Below, in pieces: positions 54,310 through 63,307 of a stretch of 64,000 bases of DNA. The notes under the pieces were generated by a model. It saw only the letters and a list, made by a program, of their open reading frames with translations. It made no database searches and was not told the DNA's origin. The stretch is taken from contig CAWJMB010000002.1 of the NCBI GenBank assembly GCA_963843845.1, positions 2,368,001 to 2,432,000 of the forward strand. Reading direction: 5' to 3'. The stretch comes from an uncultured Gemmatimonadaceae bacterium. GTDB taxonomy: Bacteria; Gemmatimonadota; Gemmatimonadetes; Gemmatimonadales; Gemmatimonadaceae. The position numbers were made by a program, and so were the translations under genes. Numbering within the stretch: the first letter of the stretch is position 1; every line of letters starts with the position of its first letter.

Positions 54310-55904
54310 TCAGTATCCCGCGTTCTGCTTGAGATTCGGGTTCGCGAGCAGCTCCGACGCCGGCAGCGGATAGAGATTGCGGAACGCTTCCGTCGTCCGC
54401 CCCGCCTGCACGTTCCCCTTCCACGCCCACACGCCGCTCGTCGTGAACGGTCGAAGCGGAAAGGTCCGTGCGGCGGTGCCCTTCCCACAGCAGCTCGCGA
54501 GCCGCTCGTCGAGGATGAAGTCAGCGTGAGCTGCGCGTCGGTGATGTTCGCCGCTCGTGTTGCCGTACGCGCGCGCGCGGAGCGCGTTGACATAGCCGAG
54601 CGCCTGCGCGCGCGTGCCGCCGCCGCCGCGCAGCACGACCTCCGCGTACATCAGATACGCGTCGCCGAGTCGGAACATCGGATAGTCGACGTCGGCGAAC
54701 GCGTTGTTCGACGGCGCACCGCCGCTCGCGGTCTTGTTGATGTACTTCGCCGCGATGATCCCGTTCGTGAAGTCCGTCAGTTCGCGATGCTCAGCGTCTG
54801 GCCGTCCGTGAAGAACACCGACGCGCCGGCGGTCGGCGCTCGAAGTGCGCCCGGGAAGAGCGTGCACGACTTCGGGGCTTCAGGCGAAGCCCCCACCAGC
54901 CGCCGTCGATGCCGACCAAGCCGGGTCGCATGCGTTGCCGCCGACCGACGCGTGCATGAGGAACGTCGTGCCGCCGTATGACTGCGTCCGCAGCCCGTCC
55001 TGCGGGACCGTGAAGATCAGCTCCGGCGACGTGTGGTTGTCGGCGCGGAAAATCTGCGAGTAGTTCGGGTCGAGCGTGTACGCGCCCGACGCGATCACGC
55101 GCTGTACCTCGGCGAGCGCGCATCGGCGTAGCGACGCCGTGCCGCGTATAGACCTGCGCGTTCATGTAGCAGCTTCGCGAGCAGCATCGCGGCGGCGCCC
55201 TGATCGGCGCGGCCGTACTCGCCCTGCTTCGGCGCGGGCAGGTCGGCGCGAATCGCCTTGAGCTCGCGACTCGACGTAGTTGAAGACCTCCGCGCGCGTC
55301 GCCTGCTTCGGCGGCGTCGCGCCGAGCGCGATAGTCTTCGGTCACGAGCGGCACGGCGCCGAAGAGGTCGATCGCGTGCCAGTAGCTCAGCGCGCGGAGG
55401 AAGCGTGCTTCGGCGCGATACGTCTTGATCGTGGCCTGCGAGCGCCGTGCTGACGCCGCGCGGCCGCAGCTTCGTCGGGCGTCGTCTCCCGCAGGAACTC
55501 GTTGGCGAGCGCACCTGGAAGAAGATCCGGTAGTACATCGAGCACGAGGAACTGGTTCGACGAGCCCCAGAGCTGCGTGTTGAGCTCCTGCACGCCGGCG
55601 TCGTTCCAGGCGATGATGGCCTCGTCCGTCGGCAGCTCCTGCATCTGCCAGAGCAGGCGGAGGTACTGCGAGAATCCTTCGTCGATTCCCTGGATGTCGC
55701 CGTTGCCCGGCCGGACCGGCGATGCCGCTGACCTGGAGTCCTCCGTAGAGCTTCGCGAGAAGCGCCCGGTAGGAGGTCGTGTCGTTGAAGATGTTCGCGC
55801 TGCTGACCGTGCTCTTCGGCTCGACCGTCACGTCGGTGCACGCGGCGGCGGCGGTCGTGAGGAGCAGGCCGCGCGAGGAGCGTGGTGCGGGCTCTCGTCT
55901 GCAT
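54310..55904 (-). CDS. susD: SusD/RagB-family lipoprotein, broken by many frameshifts
   Basis: Fragments in alternating frames: AAACTD lipobox, ELPTDEAIIAWND, AEARFLRALSYWHAIDLFG, GRADQGAA, DYPMFRLGDAYLMYAE, NPNLKQNAGY. Confidence 0.85.
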
Positions 55905-55917
55905 GTCGATGCGTCGC

Positions 55918-58900
55918 TCAGAAGCTGATGTTCAGCCCCGTCGGGAAGATGCGCGACAGCGGATACAGGTTGTTGTCGATCCCGTTCAGGCCGGCCGACG
56001 GATCGACCCCGCTGTATTTCGTCGAGCGTGAAGACGTTCTGGACCGTGCCGTAGATGCGTACGCGGTCGAGACCGCGCTTCCGCCGGAACGTGTAGCCGA
56101 GCGTGACGTTGTCCATGCGCAGGAACGACGCGTCCTCGACGTAGTAGATCCGAGAAGTACTGCGGGTTCACGAAGCCCGTCTCGAGCACCGAGGCGTGCG
56201 AGGTTGCATCGGCGCGCCGCCACTTAGCGCGCTGTAGTTGCCCGAGGTTCGACGCGACGTTGTTGTACACGTAGTTGCCGAGGTACGAGCGGAGCGTGAA
56301 GCCGAGGTCGAAGTTCCGGTACTGACGTTCGACGTGTGGCCGAGGATCGCACTTCGGCTGCGGGCTGCGGAACGGGCGCGATCGCCCTGGTTGATCGTCT
56401 TGTCGCCGTTCTGATCGACGTAGAGATCCTGTTCGTTGATCGACCCGTCGTTGTTCGCGTCGGTGTAGATCGGCTTCCCGCTCGCGTCGCGCTTGTGCTC
56501 GGTAGACGAAGAACGAGTTGACCGTCTCACCGGGCTGGAGCACCTGGATCGTGCTGCCGACGCCACCCGCGATGCCGCCCACGAGGATCTGGTCGCTCGT
56601 GCCGGCGGCCGAGTTGATCTGGAGCAGGCGGCTGCGTGTTCGCGGCGACGTTGAAGCCCGGCGTCGTACGTGAAGCCGCCGCGCGCACCGTCGATCACGC
56701 GCGCGTTGAGTCCGAGCTCGACGCCGCGGTTCCGCAACGATGCCGATGTTCGTCGTCACGAAGTTCGACAGGTTCGTTCCGGCGGCGACGGGGACGGTGA
56801 AGATCAGGTCCGACGTCTTCTTGTTGTAGTAGTCGAACGACCCCGTGACGCGGTTCTCCCAGAGCCCGAAGTCGAGCCCCGACGTCGATCGAGCGCGTCT
56901 CCTCCCACTTGATGCTCGGGTCGACGGCGGTCGGCCGGATCACCGTCACGAAGCTGTTGCCGAACTGCACCTGCGTCTTGTTGTCGCCGTACGCTGTAGG
57001 TCGAGTACTGGCGGTAGTTGCCGAACGACTGGTTGCCGTTCACGCCGTACGAGACGCGCGCCTTGAGGTCCGAGATCGACGAGAAGCGCCGCATGAACCC
57101 CTCGTTCGAGAGGCGCCACGCGAGCGCCGCCGAGGGGAACACGCCCCACTGATTCCCCGCGCCGAACCGCGACGACCCGTCGCGCCGCACGCTCAGCGTG
57201 AGGAGGTACTTGTCGGCGTACGTGAGGTTCGCGCGCGCGAAACCCGAGATGAGCCGGCTCTCCTGCACGTCGAGCGTGTTCACGTTCTGCGATGCCGTCG
57301 GGATGCCGCTCGTGCCGAGCAGGTTCGAGCTGAGACCCTGCGCCGTCGCGACCTGCTCGTCGAAGTTGAAGTCCTCGTACGAGTACCCCGCCGTCACGTC
57401 GACGACCGTGTTGTACGAGGCGAGCGAGCGCGTGTAGTTGCTGAACGCGTCGAGCACCGTGTGCGTCTCGTTCGGCGTGCGGCGGTAGAAGTTCCCGGGG
57501 AACGACGACACCGCCTGGTTCCGCTGCGTGCTCGGCGTGAACGTCGTGCGCTCGGCGCGCGTCACGTCGTAGCCTCCGCGCACCGTCGCCGAGAGTCCCT
57601 CGATCCACGGCGCGCTGTACTTCACCTCCGCGTTGCCGACGCTGCGATACGTCGTGCCGACGTCGGAGATGAGCGCGAGGTCGGAGAGCGGATTCGTGGC
57701 CGCGAGGATGTTCGCGAACTGGTAGAACGCGCCGGTCGACGTGTAGATCGGCTGCGTCGGCGCGAACGCCGTGGCGGCCCCGATGACGGCGCCCGGGGTG
57801 AACCGGTCGTCGCCGCGGCTCCCCTTGACGTTCGCCTGGACGTTCAGGTGGTCGTTGAAGACGTTGTCCGTGTAGTTCACCGAGAGCGAGGCGCCGCTTG
57901 TTCGACGTGCCCCGCACGATCCCGCTCTGGTCGAGGTAGCCGAGGGAGACGCGATAGCGCATGTCCTCGCGTGCCCCGGCGATGCCGAGCGTGTGGTCCT
58001 GCCCGCCGGCGCCGCGCGTCACCGCGTCGAAGAAGTTCGAGTTCGCCGTCCCGAGGATGCTCACGTTCTCCGGCGCGTACTGCTGCACCGCGCTGCGGAA
58101 CTCCGCCGCGTTCAGCAGATTCGGCTCGCCGGCGCGCTGCGACGACGACACCGTGCTCGAGAGCGTGACCTGCGTGCCCTGCGACCCGGACCGCGTGGTG
58201 ATGAGCACGACGCCGTTCGCGCCGCGCGAGCCGTAGATCGCGGTCGCCGATGCGTCCTTGAGCACGGAGACCGACGCGATGTCGTTCGGGTTGAGGAAGT
58301 TCAGCGGGTTGCGCCCGGCCGACACGCCGCCGCCGATGGCGAGCGGCACACCGTCGATGACGAACAGCGGGTCGTTGCTCGCGTTGATCGACGTGCCCCC
58401 GCGGATCCGCACGGCGATCCCGCCGCCCGGCTCGTTGTTGTCGACGACCTGCACGCCGGGCACCTTCGCCTTGATGAGCTCTTCCGGGCTGATGATGCGC
58501 CCGGGATTGAACTCCTTCGGCGTCACGGCGACCGCGGAGCCCGTGTTGTCGCGCGCCTCCTGCGTGCCGTAGCCGATCGTCACGACGCTCTGCAGCACGA
58601 GCGTCGCCGATCGCAACGAGAAGTTCGCCGTCGCCGCGCCGTTCGCCGTCACCGCCACGCCCGTCGCCGAGTCGGGGACGAGGCCGATGCGGGCGGCGAC
58701 GACCGTATACGTGCCTGCCGGCGCCGTGATCGTGTAGCGCCCGTCCTCGCGCGTGATCGCGCCGAGCTGCGTCCCCGCGACGCGGATCTGCACGCTCGCC
58801 AGAGGCTGTCCACCATCCACCGCGGTCACCGTGCCCGTGATGCGTCCCGTCGTCTGCGCAACGACCGGCGTACCGACACCCAGTGCCACGAACACGCTCA

Positions 58901-58919
58901 TCACTCCGACCCGCCTCAT
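55918..58919 (-). CDS. susC: SusC/RagA-family TonB-dependent receptor, broken by many frameshifts
   Basis: GAGGAGG RBS and signal peptide; IRIRGG-type plug, DPLFVIDG, LKDASATAIYGSRGANGVVLITT, RRDGSSRFG, FPSAALAWR, C-terminal GLNISF. Confidence 0.9.
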
Positions 58920-58957
58920 CGTGCCTCCTCGGGGTTGAGAACCAACGATGCGGCGAC

Positions 58958-59953
58958 TCACGCCGCGGTAAGCCACTGTAGTGCGTGTAGAAAGCGCCGC
59001 GCCCACGCGCCTTCGTCGTGCGTTCCATCGGCATCGACCACGAACTGCAGCTGCGATGCACCGACGCCACGAGCGCGAAGCGCGTCGACGAGCGACGCGC
59101 TCCCCTCCATGTAGACCTGCGAATACGTCACGGCGCGCCCCTCACGATCGCGCACGTCGGGCTCGGTGGCGCGACTGCGCTCGTTCGTTCCCACGTCGAC
59201 GTAGATCCGCAGGTCGGCCGGCTCCGCGCCGTCGCGCACCGCGGCGATCAGCCGGTTGTCCGACAGCCACGCGCCCGGGCGCTCCGCGAACCATACGGCC
59301 GTCGACATCGCCATCACCCGGCCGAACACGTCGGGGCGCTGGAGGGCCGCGTAGAGCGCGATCAGCCCGCCCATGCTCGACCCGCCGATGCCCGTGCTCG
59401 ACCGGTCGGCGACGGTGCGATAGCGCGCGTCGATGAGCGGCTTGAGGCGGTCCGCGACGAAGGCGACGTACGCGTCCCCGCCGCCGCCGCGCACCGGGCC
59501 AGGCGACCACGCGGCGTCGACCCAGGCGTGCATCGCGCCGTTCATCCACGGGGAATACTCGTCCCACCGGGCGTCGCTGCTCTCGATCCCGACGATGATG
59601 GTATGGCTCGCGTCCGTGCTGCCAGCGGCGCCAGCGGCGCCAGCGGCGCCAGCGGCGCCAGCGGCGCCAGCGGCGCCAGCGGCGCCAGCGGCGCGGTCGA
59701 GCGTCTCGTCGATCCGCCACGACCCGTCGACACCGCGGCCGAACAGATGCTGGCCGTCCTGGAGATAGAGGACCGGGTAGCGCGCGTCGCCCGCTTCATA
59801 GCCGCATGGCAGGTAAACGTGCACGAGCCGCTCGCCGTTCCGCAGCTCCGGACAGGCGACCGAGACGCGCTCGACGCGCCCTCGCGCGCCGTCGGCTCGC
59901 CCGCCCGCGATGGGACGCAGCGCCGGCGCGGGCGGAGCGGCGGAAGCAATCAT
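58958..59953 (-). CDS. Alpha/beta-hydrolase esterase (Fes/IroE-like family)
   Basis: VYLPCGY, YPVLYLQDGQ, LKPLIDARY, GGSSMGG, HDEGAW. Confidence 0.85.
   Translation of the reverse strand: MIASAAPPAPALRPIAGGRADGARGRVERVSVACPELRNGERLVHVYLPCGYEAGDARYPVLYLQDGQHLFGRGVDGSWRIDETLDRAAGAAGAAGAAGAAGAAGAAGAAGSTDASHTIIVGIESSDARWDEYSPWMNGAMHAWVDAAWSPGPVRGGGGDAYVAFVADRLKPLIDARYRTVADRSSTGIGGSSMGGLIALYAALQRPDVFGRVMAMSTAVWFAERPGAWLSDNRLIAAVRDGAEPADLRIYVDVGTNERSRATEPDVRDREGRAVTYSQVYMEGSASLVDALRARGVGASQLQFVVDADGTHDEGAWARRFLHALQWLTAA
59621..59692. repeat. 9-bp tandem repeat (GCCAGCGGC) x8, encoding (AAG)8 in the esterase
   Basis: Eight exact copies read directly from the sequence. Confidence 0.95.
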
Positions 59954-60020
59954 GCACCGAGGAAGTCGCGAGGCGGGGCGGCTCACGTACAACGAGCCGA
60001 CGAATTCAGCGCGCACGCAT

Positions 60021-60043
60021 TAATGTGTTGTTCGTACGCGTTA
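60021..60043. promoter_or_regulatory. Candidate NrtR-family operator 1 (imperfect)
   Basis: TAATGTGT-TGTTCGT-ACGCGTTA, GT-N7-AC core. Confidence 0.55.
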
Positions 60044-60071
60044 CGCTGCGACCACAGTACAGTCACGAACT

Positions 60072-60088
60072 TGTGTGGTCAATACACA
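60072..60088. promoter_or_regulatory. Candidate NrtR-family operator 2
   Basis: TGTGT-GGTCAAT-ACACA, immediately before the regulator ATG at 60093. Confidence 0.7.
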
Positions 60089-60092
60089 TCTC

Positions 60093-60911
60093 ATGACCGC
60101 GCGCGACCTACCGTCACCGATCGCGGGATCGGATCGCCCCCCCGCCGAGGCGCAGAGCCTCGAGTTCCACGGGCAGCGCGCCAACGACTACATCCCGCAT
60201 CTCGCGGTCGACTGCGTCGTGTTCGGGTTCCACGAAGGCGCGCTGAAGATCCTCCTCACTCACTGGCGCACACGGAAGCGCTGGAGCCTTCCAGGCGGCT
60301 TCGTGCGGTGGCGCGAGTCGCTCGACGACGCCGCGTGCCGCATTCTCGAGATGCGGACCGGGCTGCGCGACGTGTACCTGGAGCAGTTCCACACGTTCGG
60401 CACTCCCGACCGCGGCGACGCCGAGATCGAGCGGCAGCTCGCCCCGCTCGTCGAAGCCGCGCCGGACGCCGCGTGGATCGCGGGGCGCGTCATCTCGGTC
60501 GGATACTGCGCGCTCGTCGACTTCTCGCGCGCCACGCCGGCGCCGGACGGCGTACTGACCGACGACTGCCGCTGGTGGGAGCTGAGCGAGCGCCCGCCGC
60601 TGCTGTTCGATCACGACGACATGGTCGCGCACGCGCTGACGTCGCTGCGTGCTCAGCTCGCGAACCGCCCGGTGGGATTGAACCTCTTTCCCGGCACGTT
60701 CACCCTCCCCGAGCTGCAGTCGCTCTACGAGACGGTGCTCGGCCGGCCGCTCGACCGGCGCAACTTCCAGAAGAAGATGCTGGATCTCGGCATCGTCGAG
60801 CGGGTCGGCGAGCGGCGCGGGAAGGGCGTGCGGCGCGCGCCGTATCTGTATCGCTTCGACGTCCCGCGCTACGAGGCGGCGCTGCGCGACGGCATCTCGA
60901 TCGGGCGGTAG
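60093..60911 (+). CDS. NrtR-family regulator (Nudix plus wHTH)
   Basis: AVDCVVFG, WSLPGGFV...ESLDDAA, LEQFHTFG, FDH, FTLPELQSLYE, DRRNFQKK, LYRF. Confidence 0.92.
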   Translation: MTARDLPSPIAGSDRPPAEAQSLEFHGQRANDYIPHLAVDCVVFGFHEGALKILLTHWRTRKRWSLPGGFVRWRESLDDAACRILEMRTGLRDVYLEQFHTFGTPDRGDAEIERQLAPLVEAAPDAAWIAGRVISVGYCALVDFSRATPAPDGVLTDDCRWWELSERPPLLFDHDDMVAHALTSLRAQLANRPVGLNLFPGTFTLPELQSLYETVLGRPLDRRNFQKKMLDLGIVERVGERRGKGVRRAPYLYRFDVPRYEAALRDGISIGR

Positions 60912-60915
60912 ACGC

Positions 60916-60951
60916 AAAACGCCCGGTGAGTGCGAAGGCACCCACCGGGCG
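60916..60951 (-). terminator. Rho-independent terminator after the tRNA cluster
   Basis: Minus strand CGCCCGGTGGGTGC-CTTC-GCACTCACCGGGCG followed by TTTT. Confidence 0.7.
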
Positions 60952-60956
60952 GAGAG

Positions 60957-61029
60957 AGCGGGAGACGGGGTTCGAACCCGCGACATCCAGCTTGGGAAGC
61001 TGGCGCTCTACCAACTGAGCTACTCCCGC
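60957..61029 (-). tRNA. tRNA-Gly(CCC)
   Basis: CCAGC TT CCC AA GCTGG anticodon arm; full cloverleaf. Confidence 0.96.
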
Positions 61030-61044
61030 AACACGTTCTGCCAG

Positions 61045-61116
61045 AGCCACAGGTCGGGATTGAACCGACGACCGCTCGATTACGAATCGAGTGCTCTACC
61101 ACTGAGCTACTGTGGC
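61045..61116 (-). tRNA. tRNA-Thr(CGT)
   Basis: CTCGA TT CGT AA TCGAG anticodon arm. Confidence 0.96.
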
Positions 61117-61137
61117 AGACGTTCAGCGAACGTCGAA

Positions 61138-61219
61138 TGCCCTGGCGCGGACTCGAACCGCGATGCCTTTCGGCACCACCCCCTCAAGATGGCGTGTCTA
61201 CCAATTTCACCACCAGGGC
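61138..61219 (-). tRNA. tRNA-Leu(GAG)
   Basis: CCATC TT GAG GG GGTGG anticodon arm; long variable arm. Confidence 0.96.
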
Positions 61220-61239
61220 CAACTTCGTCTTGCATCCAA

Positions 61240-61314
61240 CGGGGCCGACGGGGCTCGAACCCGCGACCTCTCGAGTGACAGTCGAGTGCTCTAACCAAAC
61301 TGAGCTACGGCCCC
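61240..61314 (-). tRNA. tRNA-Asp(GTC)
   Basis: CTCGA CT GTC AC TCGAG anticodon arm. Confidence 0.96.
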
Positions 61315-61369
61315 TTGCACTGCTCGTCCGACTCGCGCCGCCGTCCTGCACCTGCACTCACACCTGCGA

Positions 61370-61441
61370 TAGCCCCAACGGGAATCGAACCCGTCTCTGC
61401 ACCGTGAAAGGGTGCCGTCCTAACCGATAGACGATGGGGCC
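61370..61441 (-). tRNA. tRNA-Glu(TTC)
   Basis: GCACC CT TTC AC GGTGC anticodon arm. Confidence 0.95.
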
Positions 61442-61480
61442 GCCGCTACCGCCCTTCCGAGAGACTCCCTGGAGAGCCAG

Positions 61481-61553
61481 TAGCGGTAACGGGATTCGAA
61501 CCCGTGTTCCAGCCTTGAGAGGGCTGTGTCCTAGTCCCCTAGACGATACCGGC
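61481..61553 (-). tRNA. tRNA-Glu(CTC)
   Basis: CAGCC CT CTC AA GGCTG anticodon arm; C2-C71 mismatch in the acceptor stem. Confidence 0.9.
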
Positions 61554-61631
61554 GTACACCCGGCAACCGCTCCGGGCAAGCTGTGTACGCTAACGCAGTG
61601 CTGCACCGCTTTTCAACCAGCGTCGAGCGGA

Positions 61632-61704
61632 CAGGCCCGGAGGGAATCGAACCCCCAACCGCCGGTTTTGGAGACCGGTGCTCTACCAATTGAGCTACGG
61701 ACCT
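61632..61704 (-). tRNA. tRNA-Trp(CCA)
   Basis: CCGGT CT CCA AA ACCGG anticodon arm. Confidence 0.96.
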
Positions 61705-61764
61705 ACGTCATACCTGGAGCGCCGCTCGACCGAGATGCTCCGGGCGTCGCCCCGAACGATGAGG

Positions 61765-61839
61765 GGTGGCTGACGGGAATTGAACCCGCAACCCCCGGTG
61801 CCACAGACCGGTGCTCTAACCGATTGAGCTACAGCCACC
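61765..61839 (-). tRNA. tRNA-His(GTG)
   Basis: CCGGT CT GTG GC ACCGG anticodon arm; encoded G-1 and C73. Confidence 0.95.
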
Positions 61840-61855
61840 ATGGTCCTGCGCTTGC

Positions 61856-61884
61856 ATCTTACGAGAAACCAAGCTTCGAATCAA
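61856..61884 (-). promoter_or_regulatory. Sigma70-like promoter for the tRNA cluster
   Basis: TTGATT-17 bp-TAAGAT. Confidence 0.65.
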
Positions 61885-61904
61885 CCAACTGCCGACCGCG
61901 ACGA

Positions 61905-62470
61905 TCAGTCCTTCGCGCGATCCATGTACTCGCCGGTCGTCGGATTCACGCGGACCTGCTCACCCGTGCTGACGAACTCCGGCACGTTGACCGTCACGCC
62001 GTTCTCGAGCTTCGCCGGCTTGCTCGACGCCGTCTTCGTCGCCGTCTTCATCACCGGCGACGTCTCGACGATCTCGAGCACCATCGAGTTCGGAAGCTGG
62101 ATGCCGATCGGCCGTCCGTCGTAGTACTCGGCCAGGATCTTCATCCCCGGCTGCATCCACGGCGCGTTGTCGCCGAGCATCTCCTCGTCCATCTCGAGCT
62201 GGTCGTAGTTCTCCGTGTTCATGAAGTGGTACGTGTCGCCACCCTGATACAGGAACTCCAGCTCGTGCGTCTCCATGACGCCTTCTCGATGGAGTCGGCG
62301 GCGCGGAAGCGATGCTCGAAGCTCGACCCGACGCGAAGGTTCTTGAGCTTCGCCTGCACCATCGCGCGGAGGTTGCCCGGCGTATGATGGCGGAACTCGA
62401 CCACGCGGCACGGCTCGCCCTCGAACACGAGGACCATGCCGCGGCGGATCTGCGTGGCCGGAATTGCCAT
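61905..62470 (-). CDS. efp: Elongation factor P, frameshift near 62280
   Basis: [18 protein letters not shown], then in a second frame [40 protein letters not shown]. Confidence 0.95.
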
Positions 62471-62514
62471 AAGTCGAGAAGGCTGAAGTGAACGCTAAGT
62501 AATTACAGCCTTTT

Positions 62515-62543
62515 AGTTTACGAGAATCGAACGACGCGGTCAA
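62515..62543 (-). promoter_or_regulatory. Sigma70-like promoter for efp
   Basis: TTGACC-17 bp-TAAACT. Confidence 0.65.
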
Positions 62544-62563
62544 GCTGCGCCGTCGTGAGGTCG

Positions 62564-63307
62564 TCACGAGCCGCTCGCGCTGCGCAGCACCGGCTCGATC
62601 GCTTTCCACACCGTCTCCGTGACGATGCGCGCCCCCGCGTCGTTCGGATGCACGCCGTCGGCCTGATTGAGTCGACCGACGCCGGCCACCTCGTTCAGCA
62701 GAAACGGCGTCAGCGTCGCCCCTGTCGCTCGCGCGACGTCGGCGTACATGGCGTGGAACGCCGACGTGTACGCGCGCCCCAGATTCGGCGGCGCCTCCAT
62801 CTGCACGACGACGATCCGGGCCGCCGGGTACGCCCCCTTGATGCGCCCGACGATCGCCTCGAGGTTGGCCCGCGTGGAGTCCACGCGGAGCGCACGCAGC
62901 CCATCGTTCGCCCCGGTCTCGAGCACGACGACGTCTGCCGGCTCGCGCAGCACCCAATCGATGCGCCGTAGCGCCCCCGCCGATGTCTCGCCGCTCACGC
63001 CGGCGTTCACCACGTGTACGCGCAGCCCGGCGGAGTCGGCACGTCGCTGGATGCGCGCCGGGTAGGCGCTGTCCGGATCGAGGCCGAGGCCCGCGGTGAG
63101 GCTGGTGCCGACGAAGACGACGCGAAGCCGCGATCCGGGGTCCGGGGTCGGGGATCGAGCCGTCGCCGCCGTATCTTCCTGCGTAGCGACAGCCGGGCGC
63201 TCGGCGGTCGGTCCGCACGCGAGCGCGAGTGCAGCGCACAGCGCGAGAGCGCCGATCCCAGATCCCCGCCGCCCAGAGGGCGCCCTCCCGATCCCCGACG
63301 AAGTCAT
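62564..63307 (-). CDS. tesA: SGNH arylesterase/thioesterase (TesA-like), probable lipoprotein
   Basis: GTSLTAG, NAGVSGETS, GANDGLR, DGVHPN; ALAC lipobox-like motif. Confidence 0.88.
   Translation of the reverse strand: MTSSGIGRAPSGRRGSGIGALALCAALALACGPTAERPAVATQEDTAATARSPTPDPGSRLRVVFVGTSLTAGLGLDPDSAYPARIQRRADSAGLRVHVVNAGVSGETSAGALRRIDWVLREPADVVVLETGANDGLRALRVDSTRANLEAIVGRIKGAYPAARIVVVQMEAPPNLGRAYTSAFHAMYADVARATGATLTPFLLNEVAGVGRLNQADGVHPNDAGARIVTETVWKAIEPVLRSASGS

Noticed and set aside
59621..59692. Repeat as a CRISPR array
   Set aside because: Contiguous 9-bp units with no spacers and no cas genes.
51000..60957. PUL as an integrative element at tRNA-Gly
   Set aside because: No integrase and no duplicated tRNA 3' end found by eye. 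Acquisition remains possible but is unsupported.
60930..62387. ORFs overlapping the tRNA cluster and other long Arg/Ala-rich ORFs across the window
   Set aside because: Shadow ORFs of tRNAs or of real genes, expected at high GC; no family motifs.
61905..62470. Programmed frameshift or pseudogene status for efp (also speA, dppB, MFS, amidohydrolase)
   Set aside because: Scattered single indels in otherwise intact genes, without an obvious recoding signal, are best explained by sequencing error.
62564..63307. GTSL instead of GDSL in the TesA-like protein as a sign of inactivity
   Set aside because: The catalytic Ser, Gly, Asn and DxxH blocks are all present.
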